From NCBI GenBank assembly GCA_963693365.1, contig CAVNZM010000012.1, positions 5,530,889 to 5,594,888 on the forward strand: a stretch of 64,000 nt of DNA. Reading direction: 5' to 3'. Of the stretch, positions 1 through 12,087 are shown piece by piece. Each line of letters starts with the position of its first letter. The stretch's first letter is position 1. The position numbers were made by a program, and so were the translations under genes. The DNA comes from Amoebidium appalachense (Eukaryota; Protista; Ichthyosporea). The notes below the pieces were generated by a model that had not been told where the DNA came from, searched no databases, and saw only the letters and a program-made list of their open reading frames with translations.

Positions 1-923
1 CTGCAGAGCTTGTCCAGTGTCATGGGAGTGTCGATGGGCTTGGCCTCGTCCATGCCAAAACGCTGCAAAACTCGGTTGCTGTAGGCAGTCTGGTGAATCT
101 TGATGCGACCGTCGTGCAGTCTAGAAATCTCCACACCGAGGAAGCACTCAGCAAGGGGCTGGTACTTGACCTTGAAGAATTTGCTGAGTTCCACATGTAG
201 GTAATCAGCAGCAGCCTGTGTCGACAGTGGGCGTGGAGACTAGCAGATCGTCTACGTGGGTGGTGATGATGACCATGTCGTCCCCTGTGCCTCAGATATA
301 GCAGCAGGGGTCAGCCGGTGTCTGCACGAACTTGAGATGGCAGAGAGCATCAGAGAGAGTATTTCCCCATGCTCGGGCTGACTGCTTGAGACCGTAGATG
401 GCTTTGTTGAGCTTGCACACAAGGTGCTCGTTGCCTTGTTGGATGAACCCCGGGCCCTCCGGCTGGTCAATGTAGATCTCCTCCTCCAGCTTAGAGTTGA
501 GAAAAGCTGTGTCGAAGTCATCTGTTGCCAGATGACGTCCCCCTGCAGCTGCATCTGCTATAAGCAGACGTGTGGTAGTGCACGGGTGAGCTGTTGGAGG
601 GAAGGTCTCGTCGTAATCACTAGGTGGCGCTGGGTGAATCCACGGGCAACCAATCGGGCCTTGAATTGAGTGACTTCACCTTGTGGATTTGACTTGATGT
701 CGAACACCCACCTAATCTTGATTGGTTTCCGGCCTGGTGGTAATTCCACCAGTGTGTAAGTTTTGTTAGTGAGCAGGGAGGTGTGCTCAACCTTGGCGGC
801 AGTCATCCACTCATCATGTTGCGGAGAATTCAGCGCAGCTTTGTAGCTGTTGGGTACTTGGATGTCGCTCATGAAATACTGTGGATGGCTCAGCATTTGC
901 TGTAGTAGTGGCAATAAGTGCAC
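1..923 (-). pseudogene. Copia reverse transcriptase (RVT_2-like), frameshifted, truncated by window edge
   Basis: PNSYKAAL..EWMTAAKVE..LVELPPGRKPIKIRWVFDIK..FKARLVARGFTQ is in ORF 558-923. VCKLNKAIYGLKQSARAW and HVDDLL (YVDD-equivalent) occur in other frames at ~240-420. Confidence 0.9.
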
Positions 924-1261
924 TTAGCTGCCTAGCCTCGTGCAGGGCACCCTTGCCTCGTCCTTGATGCACCAATTGGTTGAAGACTCGGCCACTCCGT
1001 GTTGCTGGGGGAGTGATGGTGCGATGCGATTGGTGGAGCATCTTCGCTGGAATCTTCCTTGCTGAAGTTCACTCGTTTGGAAGGAGGCTTGATGGGGGTG
1101 TCTGCGTCTTCCTGACGTTGTCTCTTGAAACCGGGGTTGGCTGCTATGGTGGTGTACGTTGTCTCCTCCTGGCTGGTTGGCTCCTCCTGCACGTGCTTTT
1201 TGCTGATTGGCTGATCCTCCTCTTCATCCAATAGATGCAAAACAGCCTTCTCACCTGAGAC

Positions 1262-2463
1262 TCAGTTACCGAAGGCAGGATGTGCTCTTTCATCGAAGAT
1301 CACACTCCTCCTAAGAGCAATTCGGCCTGAGGGAAGGAGGATGCGGTAAGCCTTGCAGTGGGATTGGTAGCCAACGAAAATTCCTGGCTCAGTGCGCGGA
1401 CCGGAGCGAATTTCTGGCCGCGCTGGCGTTCCTCGGGCGGGATGACGGCAAAAACTGCGCAGCCAAACACACGAAGGTAGCTGACATCTGGACGTTTGCC
1501 GTAGAGAGCTTAATAGGGAGGGATGAAACCAGGGTTGGAGGAATAGGGGCTCCGGTTGTTGAGATGCACAGCAGTGCGCACAGCTTCTGGCCAATGGCGA
1601 AGAGGAAAATCAGGTACAGAGAGAAGCATGGCGTGCGCACGGTCAATCAGAGTGTAGTTGCGCCGTTCAGCTACTCCATTCTGACCGTGGGCAATGCCAT
1701 AGGTTGCATCCATTCTCTGGGTGCTACCATTGTCGTAACCTAACATGTGTGTATTAACAGATGCGGCACTCTTCTAAGTAAACACACACGGAAAGGAACG
1801 AACGTATACGAGAAAATTGCAAAGTTTATTAATAGGCCTGACTCCGACGGGCAACCTGAGATCCGAATGGAACCAAGCTAAGTCACAACTGCGGCCATCA
1901 AGGCCGTGCCCCCAAAGATCATCATCACCACTGGCAGGCCCCCCCACGATGCCACATTCCTTACATTCCGATCTAATGAACTCTATCGTGCACCTGCACG
2001 AGCTGTCTATCGGCTCACACTAATGTACATATCCTTGTCTCTCCCCTCTCCCTTCCCCTACTGGCACCGCAGAGTCTAAGTCTACATTTCATACTATCAG
2101 GCTCCCCCCCCCCTCCCCCCCCCCCCCTCTACTCTTTCCTGTACTTCAATATATACTACATTTGGCAGATGGCACTATCCGAACTTGCCAATAATTTACA
2201 AGGGCATCTGCCCGAACTTATTGCATTCCAAAGTCCTCCTAAGATCTATCCTGTACACTATTTTGAATTCTATTGGTCGGCTGCTCCAGGCTGACGTGGT
2301 CCTGCCCTGCGCCTGCAGAGACAAGATGCCCGCCGCTGTACAGCTGATCTTGAGGCCCCGGACTTGATCTTGATGACCTGTGGACCCCCCCCCCCCCCCC
2401 CCCCCCCCCCGATCTTGATCTTCGACTTAGGATGATCTGCTGAGACGGTTTAGTATATGTCAA

Positions 2464-2496
<33 letters not shown>

Positions 2497-3886
2497 GCTG
2501 AGTTCCACCTCAGTCACATTACACCTAACACCCGCTATAAAGACATAGACTAGTCTGTCTACAAAAAAGTATCGGTTGACGAGCCTGGTCGTGTACTCGA
2601 GCTCGTTCTCGGGCAGGTTAAAGGCCTCAAGCTCACCATCATCGGCGACGTCGGTCTTGGTCTCGTCCTCGTCCTCGGGAATGAACCGTGCTGCCAGACG
2701 TTTCTGGCCCAACGTACGGTTCACCATCTCTTCGCGCTCCTTGTCGTACTGTTGCTCGCATATGTGAACAGTCAGTCACCTGTGGTGCCTGCTCGGCCCT
2801 GTAAGGGTGCTCCTCCATGAGGGTGCACAGGTCGGCCATTGTTTTGTGGTCTATGCACTGCTTTATCATCAGGCAAGAGGCCGCCACTGTAGGGGCCTTC
2901 TTGGCATCTATTACTAGTGTGGGCCGGGTGTGTTGGCTACGAGTGTGCGGAGCCAACGTGGTATCTCTGAGTCGTGTTTGAGTGTGAAACTAAACGCTGT
3001 TGTATGCCTCACGTCTATGGTGTGCACCTGTGGGATTTGTGTGTGCAGGGAGCTATCCTCCGATGCCAACGCGTAGCCATGGTGTTGTGTGTGCCCTAAC
3101 GTGTTGTGTGTTTTTTTCTTCTTTTTTTTCTTCTTTTTATTCTCGTTGTTTTATCTGAGGTGTAGCAACAGCCCAGAAGGAACTGTCACCGCGTGTAAAC
3201 TAGCGCGAAAAACCGCACTAAAAGAAAAGATGCAGCTTGTCGTAACCTAACATGTGTGTAATAACAGATGTGGCACTCTTCTAAGTAAACACACACGGAA
3301 AGGAACGAACGTATACGAGAAAACTGCAAAGTTTCTTAATAGGCCTGACTCCGACGGGCAACCTGAGATCCGAATGGAACCAAGCTAAGTCACAACTGCG
3401 GCCATCAAGGCCGTGCCCCCAAAGATCATCATCACCAGGCCCCCCCACGATGCCACATTCCTTACATTCCGATCTAATGAACATGATCGTGCACCTGCAC
3501 GAGCTAATTCTATCGGCTCACACTAATATACATATCAGGGCCTTGTCTCTCCCCTCTCTCTTCCCCTAGTGGCACCGCAGAGTCTAAGTCTACATTTCAT
3601 ACTACCTCCCCCCCCCCTCCCCCCTCTACTCTAAGACTTTCCTGTACTTCGATATATACATACATTTGGCAGATAGTACTATCCGAACTTGCCAATATTT
3701 ACAAGGGCATCTGCCCGAACTTATTGCATTCCAAAGTCCTCCTAAGATCTATCCTATACACTATTTCTAATTCTATTGGTCGGCTGCTCCAGGCTGACGT
3801 GGTCCTGCCCTGCGCCTGCAGAGACAAGATGCCCGCCGCTGTACAGCTGATCTTGAGGCCCCGGACTTGATCTTGATGACCTGTGG

Positions 3887-3919
<33 letters not shown>

Positions 3920-4541
3920 ATCTTGATCTTCGACTTAGGATGATCTGCTGAGACGGATTAGTAAATGTCAACCGTGCTCCTTGCAGGATTGTGCAAAAGT
4001 CCCCTTGACGAGTTCAACGCGCCATCTGATTGGAAAATACGCACCACTGTCGATTGTGTTCACGCTGAATGGCGGTGATTAGAGTGATGAGCTCGGCAGG
4101 GGCAGCACTCTTGTGAGTGAGAAAAATCACCCAGGAGAAACCTGTGAAGTCATCGGTGATTAACAGGCAGTAGACTTCCTTGTTGATGGAAGGGGTGGAG
4201 ACGGGGCCAACCAAACCAACGTGTACTAGTAGAAGTTGCAGAGGTGCGGTGGCGCGTTCCCGTATCTGCGTAGGATAAGGGTGCTGCCGTGCTTTCCCCA
4301 AAGCACAGCCGTAGCAGATATTCTTGGTCACCGTGGGAGAAGAGGTCATATCGAGTCCTTCCACCATATTGTCATTGATGAGGCGCATAAGATATGCGTT
4401 GCTGATGTGTCCAAGGCGGCGATGCCAAATTTCGTAGGGGGCTTTTGCCGAAATTTGCCGAGTAGACCAACGGTGTGCTGCAGGAGCAAGGCCTGGGGGT
4501 CCCCCTTGTGTGCCTGTGGATGGCAGGAGCAGAATCCACAA
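1262..4541 (-). pseudogene. Copia integrase (GAG-pre-integrase + rve), split by a nested LTR element at 1731-3970
   Basis: YEIWHRRLGHIS..CYGCALGK..LITDDFTGFSWV (4014-4541) resumes after the insertion as AHGQNGVAERRNYTLIDRAHAML, WPEAVRTAVHLNNRSP and GIFVGYQSHCKAYRIL. Confidence 0.9.
1731..3970 (-). mobile_element. Nested non-autonomous/deleted LTR element: two ~732-bp direct repeats (1731-2462, 3238-3970) around a ~775-bp internal region
   Basis: Both copies start TGTCGTAACC and end ATGTCA (TG..CA) and differ by scattered substitutions and indels. On the minus strand, a G-run+AG polypurine tract (2464-2490) precedes the left copy and TGGTAGCA (iMet-type PBS, 1722-1729) follows it. There is a TATA-like sequence at ~2150 and AATAAA at ~1825. 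Confidence 0.85.
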
Positions 4542-4623
4542 TGTCCGGAAATACAGAGTAGAGAAGTGTGCGCTCGCTGCTAGACTGTGATGTGACGGGT
4601 GGGGGGGTGGGGGGGGCCCAACA

Positions 4624-5719
4624 TGGTGAAAGTTGGGTATGTCAGAAAACGCTTCACACTATACTATCTCTGGAGACGGCACTCCACTTATTAGCTAGAA
4701 GGGCGGCACCGTAAGCTAGCTATCCTCTATCTATCGTGTCACTAAACTAAGGCACACGGGGTTGGCACCCAGACTATTAATAAAGTTTTCACACTATTGA
4801 GTCGTCACTCAAACCCTTATTATCCCGCGCTGTCTCGTGTCTGCAGCAATACACAAGTACGACAGCTAGTGACTGCAACCTAACACTAACGTCACTAGTA
4901 GCTAAGGTGATCAAGCTTATCCACAAAGGTGCTGAATGCTGCAAGAGTGTGTGTGACGGCACACACACACTCTGACCATCACAAGTGTCGGGGGTGACCT
5001 ACAAATGACGGCACACTCGTATTTAATGACTGTCGAGCCCAGAATTACTGTCCAGACAGTAGCTGCTTATATACGAAGGCAAGTACACTTGTGCTCTCTT
5101 TTGTGGTCCTGGTGCTCTCGGGAACTTCACCAGAATCTAAACAGATCCAGCCCGGGATCTAGGTGGTGCGTAGCTAGCCAATCGGAGCTAACAACGGTGC
5201 GAGCCCTAGTGGCCATAATCGGAGCCCAGATAGCCGGACGCAACCTGATCGGATACAGTAGCCAAGTGACTAAGAAACACACGTATTTACACAGATCTCT
5301 CTAACAAAGACCAAAAACACACAAAATAGAACTAAGGAGTGAGTGAGATATCATTACACACATTATTTAATCTGACACACCCCCATAATGATATATCGCT
5401 CACAAAAGTCGCAATTCCGTATATCACCAAAAAAGAATATATAAAACACAGCAGCGACGGTACATGTGTTAAAGAAAACAAAACTAATTGGCACTAATTA
5501 ATGGTATCCAACACTCGTCGTATTATTGATCTTACACTCCCAGATCAAAACAAACAACACAAAAGAAAATGCGCACCCCCATTCCCGTCGTGTAATGGGC
5601 AAACAAAAAATATCCAAGTTATATCTCACTTTACCGCAATATTCACAAAGATGCACATCCGAGTACAGCAATGCAGTGTTGACGAAAATAATCATATTTA
5701 TCTCACCCCCTCCTTTCGG
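4624..5719. mobile_element. ~1.1 kb AT-rich LTR-like insertion within the copia protease motif
   Basis: This non-coding block separates WM*DC from RHIT and is flanked by CAACA on both sides (4619-4623, 5720-5724). The minus strand begins with PPT-like AAAGGAGGGGG followed by TG, has TATATAA at ~5067-5073, and ends ..TTTCA. Exact termini are uncertain. Confidence 0.55.
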
Positions 5720-5732
5720 CAACACAGCAATC

Positions 5733-6690
5733 CTACATCCAAATCCCTGCGTCAGCCTTGAGCTCGTCCGAATTCCCTTCAGCAAGGAAATGGGCAAACT
5801 CAGCATCGGTGTCGGTGCGGTCCTGGTAATAGGCATGCAGGGCAGCGGCAGTTGGGGGCTCGCGGCATTGGTCAGCACGGTGGCCAGGCTTCTTGCATTC
5901 GAAACACAAGCCCTGCTTGAGGCAGTACTTCTTCTGGTCCGAAGCCAGGGGCTCACCACGTGCCACATAGGCACTTGCCTGTTGACGTGGTGGTCCTGAG
6001 TCAGGCCGGCCACGTGGGTTAGTAGCTCGGTACACAGCATGCTCGTGTTCTTCATATAACAACATCCCCCTAATCTGGGCAAGGGTACGAGGCACATATG
6101 CATTGGTGTCGGTTATCAAATCCACAGAGTAGAACGGAACCGGGAAGGCAACAGCAAAAATATCTTAGCCAGAATCTGGTCGTCGGAGAGCGGGGTGTTG
6201 GCGGCAGCAAGCTCGTCGGCTATGCCCATCACTGTATTGAATACATCGGTGACGGTGGTGTTGGGGTCGGGCATCAAAGAATGGAGGCGCTGGGTGATGG
6301 CAAGAATCGACGTGGCGGTAGCACGGCCACAAATATCTTCGAGGGCAGCCCAGGCCTCGGCAGCAGTAGAGCAGTGGTTCACACTGCGGCGGACAGTACT
6401 CTGCTCCAGACAGTACCGAAGATGGTAGAGGGCCTTGACATCGAGGGCATCGGCAGCAGCAGCAGGCGCAGACGTGGCAGTCTGGTCATCGTCATAATAG
6501 TCATCATCGGTACTGGCAGGTGGGGCCCCAAACCGAAGAGGCTGTGGACGGGACTGGCTGGGCTCGGAAGTGGAGGCAGGGGTTGTGTCTGTCGTGCCCT
6601 TATCATCGGGCGGCCAGAGGGGCGGGGGCCGGGGCGGCCACCGCGCTTGCTGTGCCGGAAACGCTGGGGCTTGGGTCCGGGTTGGGTCTG
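5733..6690 (-). pseudogene. Second copia Gag (UBN2-like) domain + CCHC zinc knuckle + start of protease
   Basis: DVKALYHLRYCLEQSTVRRSVNHCSTAAEAWAALEDICG..LSDDQILAKIFLLLPSRF is followed by a frameshift, then TLAQIRGMLLYEE..CFECKKPGHRADQC..GIWM. Confidence 0.85.
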
Positions 6691-6711
6691 GGCACTAAAA
6701 GAGAAGGCCGG

Positions 6712-7424
6712 TTAGGTGCTAGGGGCAGAACCAGGGCGGCGGCGGTCGCGGTCACGGGAGCGATCGGAGCGGTCACCCTGTTGGGGGCGGCGGTCTTGGC
6801 TGTAGGGGCGGCGGTAGGCCTTCATACTCTTAATGTTGAGCTCACTGTTGAGTAGAAGACCACGAATCTGCTGGAGAGATAGGTGCATGCCGTACAGGTC
6901 ATAACTCTGCATAATTGCCGAAATCTGGTCCTTGTAGTCGTCCTGGGGGATCGAGTTAAGAATCACCAGAATGATGTCTTCGTCTCTGACAGGGCAGCCG
7001 GCCATGTCGAGCTGATATGCAGCATCCTCAACACGGTTGCATGTGTCTGTAATAGACTCACCAGGGATGGGCGGGAGGCGGGAAAATTCGCGCCGTAGGT
7101 TCAATAGAGAGAGACCAGTAACAGTGCCGTATGTGGCAATCAAAGTCTGCCATGCCTCGTAAGCAGTGTTGCAGCGCTCGATTAGGCGTTGTGTGGAGGC
7201 AGTGGTGCAAGCAGCTTGAAGCAGAGTGAATGCCTTGGCTTGCACTTGGCGGTAGCGCATAATCTCCTTGGGCCCCCAATTCTTAGGGTTGCAGAGCGAG
7301 AGGAGGCGGTCGCGGCGAGATCGGTGTGGGCTTGGAATTGCCTCTGCCACTTGAAGAAGTTGTTGACGTCGAGGGCAGGGACCTGTCCGTCTCGAGACTT
7401 GAAGTTTCCGGAAGAGTTGGCCAT
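6712..7424 (-). pseudogene. First copia Gag domain (N-terminal W-motif + UBN2-like), one frameshift
   Basis: MANSSGNFKSRDGQVPALDVNNFFKWQRQF is followed, after a frameshift, by QAKAFTLLQAAC..RCNTAYEAWQTL..GESITD..DEDIILVILNSIP..LQQIRGLLLNSE, an Arg/Asp-rich tail, and TAA at 6712-6714. Confidence 0.88.
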
Positions 7425-7456
7425 GTTGATGACTTGAATCGCAGTGGAAGAGTTGA

Positions 7457-7872
7457 TGGGCCGATAACCAGTTTAGAATGCAGAACCCTCGTCGACTAGA
7501 GTAGAGCACAGAGGTGATCGGTGGTTGTTGATATCGATGTTTATTGACTAGTGATTGAATGATTCCCGTCATTCTGGTTTATATACCTTCGTAGCTGAGA
7601 GAGCTAAGATATGATTGGGTAACTCATAATCCAACCGAACTAAGCTAAGTAATAAACCAATCAGATCACCTTCTAAGAATGTTCTGTACGAATCAGGAAT
7701 ATGAATACATTGATCCGGATCTTGAATAGATCCCGGCGGTACGCTAGTGTATGCACACAAGTCACACAATCGTAACAGGAATGTTTATTGATAGCCAGCC
7801 AGCGCTATGTACATCTCTCTATGGAATCCGATACTATGTATCTTAGCGTCGTATCATTCCACAATTGCAACA
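7457..7872 (-). repeat. 5' LTR (~7471-7872) and half-tRNA(iMet)-type primer-binding site (7457-7469) of the copia element
   Basis: The minus strand starts TGTTG at 7872 and has TATATAAA at ~7578-7585. GGTTATCGGCCCA lies just before gag, one mismatch from the GGTTATGGGCCCA anticodon-stem PBS used by Drosophila copia (Hemivirus type). Confidence 0.7.
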
Positions 7873-8059
7873 CCCAAACGACAGTAACAGTAAGTGATAT
7901 ATCATCATCACACCCTACATGGTGGATCGACACTTGCATACGTGTGGCCGTCCCCCAGCATACCTGTCAGCATACATGCATGCACATTACTGCCCGTGGG
8001 TTAGTGAACATAACGTATTGGCAACCGGATTCACTAAGGGCCCGGTCAGTCCAATTCTT

Positions 8060-8092
<33 letters not shown>

Positions 8093-8532
8093 CGTTTAAA
8101 GGAATCGTGCCTGTATAAGCAAGAACAGGATGTTGCTATGGCCGAGCACAACAACTCACCACGCCAACTTAAATAATGCATGCACAGGGCTACCGAGGCC
8201 ATGACTTCCTCACTCATACTGAATGCATACCATCCCCCCCCCCCCCCCCCTCCCCGCCCCCCCCCACACACACGCACCCCACCCACCAACGGGTTCTCAA
8301 GTGCACGTATGCCGCCAACCACCAAGGCATGGCTGTGCTGCACCAGCACGTAAGTGTCCCCTTGGCACCTCTGTGGCCCCGGTGCCCATATGCCAGCAAG
8401 CTGATAGGGGCTGCACACACCCATGGGACGGGTTTTCTGCCTTAAGAAACTGATTCTCCATTCGACAAAATCTGGGCTTGGATGGCCACAGCCACATGCA
8501 CGGTGTGGCCTGCAAGCAGCAGCCACTGTGTG

Positions 8533-8926
8533 TCATTGCAGGAGGGTGTCGACCAGTGGCCTCAGGTGGCCGGCCCAGGCCACATATGCCTCATTGTTGA
8601 GGTGCAGGTAGTCGGGCATCACGGTCTCGCTGATGCGCCCATCAGCCAACAAGTACTGTGCCCCTATGTCCAGCACGTGCACCTGCACTCATGTCAGTGC
8701 CCTACGTCCACAACCTACCTTGCTGTGTGTCCGCACAGGCTCATGGTGCGTCTGCGTGCGTGCGTGTGTGCGTGTGTGTGTGTGTGTTGGGGGGAGGGGG
8801 GGGGGGGGGGGAGCGGGGGTTGATGTGTGTATTGTGTGTGTATGTGTGTGTGTGTGTGTGTACGTGTGTGTGTGTGTGTGTGTGTTTGGGGGGAGAGGGG
8901 GAGTTGATGTGTGTATGTATGTGTGT

Positions 8927-8991
<65 letters not shown>

Positions 8992-9135
8992 GCATGTGTC
9001 TGTGTTTGTGTGTGTATGTTTGTATGTGTGTGTGTGTGCGTGTTGCATGTGTATGTGTGTATGTGTGTGTGTGTGTGTATGTGTGTGTACGTGTGTGTGT
9101 GTGTGTGTTTGGGGGGGAGGGGGAGTTGATGTGTG

Positions 9136-9171
<36 letters not shown>

Positions 9172-9229
9172 GCATGTGTGTTGTAGGTGTATGTTTGTGT
9201 GTGTTTGTATGTGTGTGTGTGTTACATGT

Positions 9230-9290
<61 letters not shown>

Positions 9291-9327
9291 TGTTGTATTT
9301 GTGTGTGTGTGTGTGTGTGGGTATGTG

Positions 9328-9379
<52 letters not shown>

Positions 9380-10991
9380 CGTGTGTGTGTTTGTCTACAC
9401 CCGCATGCATGGCTCACCTTTGTGTCCCCGACACTTGGCCCAGGTGGGTACCGTGCCTTGAGCAGGGCATTGATGGTGTCGCGTTTGCCCCTCAGTGGAT
9501 TGGGCTTACGCCCACGGGGGAACAGCGCCTGTACAGGCCAGCCCGTGCTCAGCGGCCATTCACATACCACCCAGCCAACCATCAGCAACAAGGATGCAAA
9601 GGGCCATGGATGAATTAGTCCAGCAGCCGCAACATAGACCCTCCAATTCCCTTAGCACACAAAAAAAAAACAACCTTGCACACACACGCAGGCCCCCCTC
9701 CCACCCCCGAACCAGAAAACAAACAAACAAACAAACAAACAAAAAACAAAAAAAAAAAAAAACCCGCTTCACGGACGTATACTCACACACAACACACAGA
9801 CACGCACAGGTACACACACACACGCACACACACAGACAACAGAGAATCTTCGCTCTCACGTTTCCACACCCCAGCACATCAATCTTCCACACGTAGGCTG
9901 CCAGGCATATGCTCAGCACCTTGGGCTCATATCAAAGTGTTCCTGCTGCACGCAGCCCTCCCCCCTTCCCCCCCCCCCCTCCTGCCCCCAACCCCCAACC
10001 CCTCATTATCCACCTTCCTCTGCTCTTCCTTGCCCTACTCAAAACCACACTTTCTTTCCAAGAAACAGACATAAAAAAAAGAGACTTGTGGCAGAACGAC
10101 CAGAACAACGATCAAAGGAGATCCAAGGGAAGACGGGGCATCTGCCGTGACAACGCAAGCCTGCAAGGCTCCTCCGTTCTCTTCCCCCCCCCCCCCCCCC
10201 CCTCCCCCACACCTGTTTGTACGCACCATTATGATGACGTGTGCATCGGGCTTCTCCCCCCTTATGTAGTCTGCTATGGCACTAATGCCGGCCGCCACAT
10301 CCTCGGCACTGTCCCCATGGTTGTTTGTGCCGGCCATGATCACCACCACCTGTAAAGTGTGGGGGACTCTGAGTGTCACCCGTGCTCGCCAACTACACCC
10401 CCTCTCTGCTGCACACTCCCTGTCCCCCTGGCCTTTGCCCTTCTATGGATACCAGGCAGGCCCCACAGCACATCCAGGCGCAGGCACCCACCTTGGGCTG
10501 TGTGGGCTCCAGGCTGCCGTTCTGCAGCCGCCACAGCACGTGCTCTGTGCGGTCGCCCCCTATGCCCAGGTTGAGGGCGTCCCCAAAATACTGCTGCCAG
10601 CTCTGTGTGTCCCCGTGTAATTAACCCCCTGCATAGCACCAACGCCAGCGGGCAAGGGGCTGCACGTACCGGAAAATCGGCCCAGCGCTGCACCAGGGAG
10701 TCGCCCACAAGCACAACACTGGCCGGCTTGGTCCGTGCAAGCTCCACCTGGTGCTCATGCTGTGCCCCCTGTCAGCACACACACACACGCACACACGCAC
10801 ACACGCACACACACACAAACACACACACACGCACACACACACACACACGCACACACGCACGCACGCACGCACGCACGCACACACATAGGGCACTCACAGT
10901 GCAGGCACCACACACTCACCATGTCGAACCAGCGGTTGTCGCCATGCACGTCGTTGATAGCCACGGGCATGGCTGAGCGGGGTTTGGCCAT
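8533..10991 (-). CDS. PAFAH1B2: Platelet-activating factor acetylhydrolase IB alpha-subunit-like SGNH/GDSL hydrolase (6 coding exons)
   Basis: Spliced product: MAKPRSAMPVAINDVHGDNRWFDM|HEHQ..VVLVGDSLVQ|..ALNLGIGGDRTEHVLWRLQNG|VVVIMAGTNNHG|ALFPRGRKPNPLRGK|..ISETVMPDYLHL..*. Introns are GT-AG in consistent phase. The B2 versus B3 distinction does not apply here. Confidence 0.9.
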
Positions 10992-11657
10992 GGTGGAGGG
11001 TGTGGGGGGGGCAGGGCGCTGGCTGGTGAGCCAGTGCAGGGCAACCAGAAAGACAAATACGCGGAGAAGAGCGTTCTCCCACCTGTGGGTGGCCACAGGG
11101 TTAGGCCCATAGATCCACGCTGCACTATCGTTCTACTTGGGCCATACCAGATCCACAGCTTGGCGTACACAGATTGAGTAGTTGCGTGTGCAGGTGCGCA
11201 CTAAAACTATCATATCACCAACTAATAAATGAGGTTCGGATTGTGGGCTTTAAATTGTGGGATCTGCACAAGCGTCAAGCACTTCACGAAGATTGGTTCG
11301 CAGGCCAGTCGCTGCCATGAGGGTTGTGGGGATCCGGTTAGGTTTACCGTAATGCGTGTTGTGGTGGGGCAAAAGAAGGGTGTGTGCTGGTGGGGCAGGG
11401 GGAGGAAGGAGGGGGGGGAGGGGAGGGGAGGGGGGCACGCAGGGGTGTGGGGGGGAAGAGGGACCGGTACCGTCTTAGGGCACGCAGAAAGGGCATAGGG
11501 TTGGTTGGCCTGTGAAACCTCGGGATGCTGAGGGCCTGTTGACTAAAAAGCAAAGGTTGCCAGGATGGCGCGCGGTTGCCGTGCGATGCTTCCGAACCAA
11601 TCGCTGTCTAGTATCGCACATTCCAAGAGGAAACCTCGGGAGTTTCAGCCCATGGCG

Positions 11658-11693
11658 CAAGGCCTCCTATGGTGTGCTATTTAGGAGGCCTTG
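11658..11693. mobile_element. 36-bp micro-MITE, TIR CAAGGCCTCCTA, 8-bp TSD CCATGGCG
   Basis: ccatggcg|caaggcctcctatggtgtgctatttaggaggccttg|ccatggcg. Confidence 0.85.
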
Positions 11694-11722
11694 CCATGGC
11701 GCCAGGCCTCCTATGTACAACC

Positions 11723-11761
11723 CAAGGCCTCCTAAATAGCACACCTATTTAGGAGGCCTTG
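11723..11761. mobile_element. 39-bp micro-MITE, TIR CAAGGCCTCCTA, 8-bp TSD GTACAACC
   Basis: gtacaacc|caaggcctcctaaatagcacacctatttaggaggccttg|gtacaacc. Confidence 0.85.
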
Positions 11762-12087
11762 GTACAACCTCGTCCCTCCTACTATGTAGTGCTCAAGAGT
11801 AAGATGCCAGTGGCACTGGTACTTCAAGCATCACACGATATAACCTCGATGCCGCCTTTCAGGGGAAGACAGTGCGTCTTCTATTGTTTTTCGCCTTTAT
11901 TTAAGCTAAATCTTCTCAACTGTATGTACAAGAAAGGCAGTGGCTACATACTGAAGGTGCTTGGCACTATGCCATGTTGAGTCGAGAAAACAATTCTCAC
12001 ACGTGTGCTGCAGGTCATTCATTGTGTATGTATATATGTGTGACTGTCATTCATGCTCAGTCTGTTGCTATTATGCCATGTGTGTCT

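Larger units (their letters stand above)
1..7872 (-). mobile_element. Decayed Ty1/copia LTR retrotransposon (5' LTR-PBS-gag-gag-PR-IN-RT; 3' part outside window), interrupted by two insertions
   Basis: Minus-strand domain order is as follows. Gag (VPALDVNNFFKW; CNTAYEAWQTL) is followed by a zinc knuckle CFECKKPGHRADQC (~5860-5905) and a split protease motif (GIWM*DC at ~5730, RHIT at ~4590). GAG-pre-integrase WHRRLGH and rve (LLITDDFTGFSW) lie at 4014-4541, and HGQNGVAERRN, WPEAVRTAVHLNNR and GIFVGY at 1300-1700. RT motifs are WVFDIK, FKARLVARGFTQ, LNKAIYGLKQS and THVDDLL. Many frameshifts and stops are present. Confidence 0.93.
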
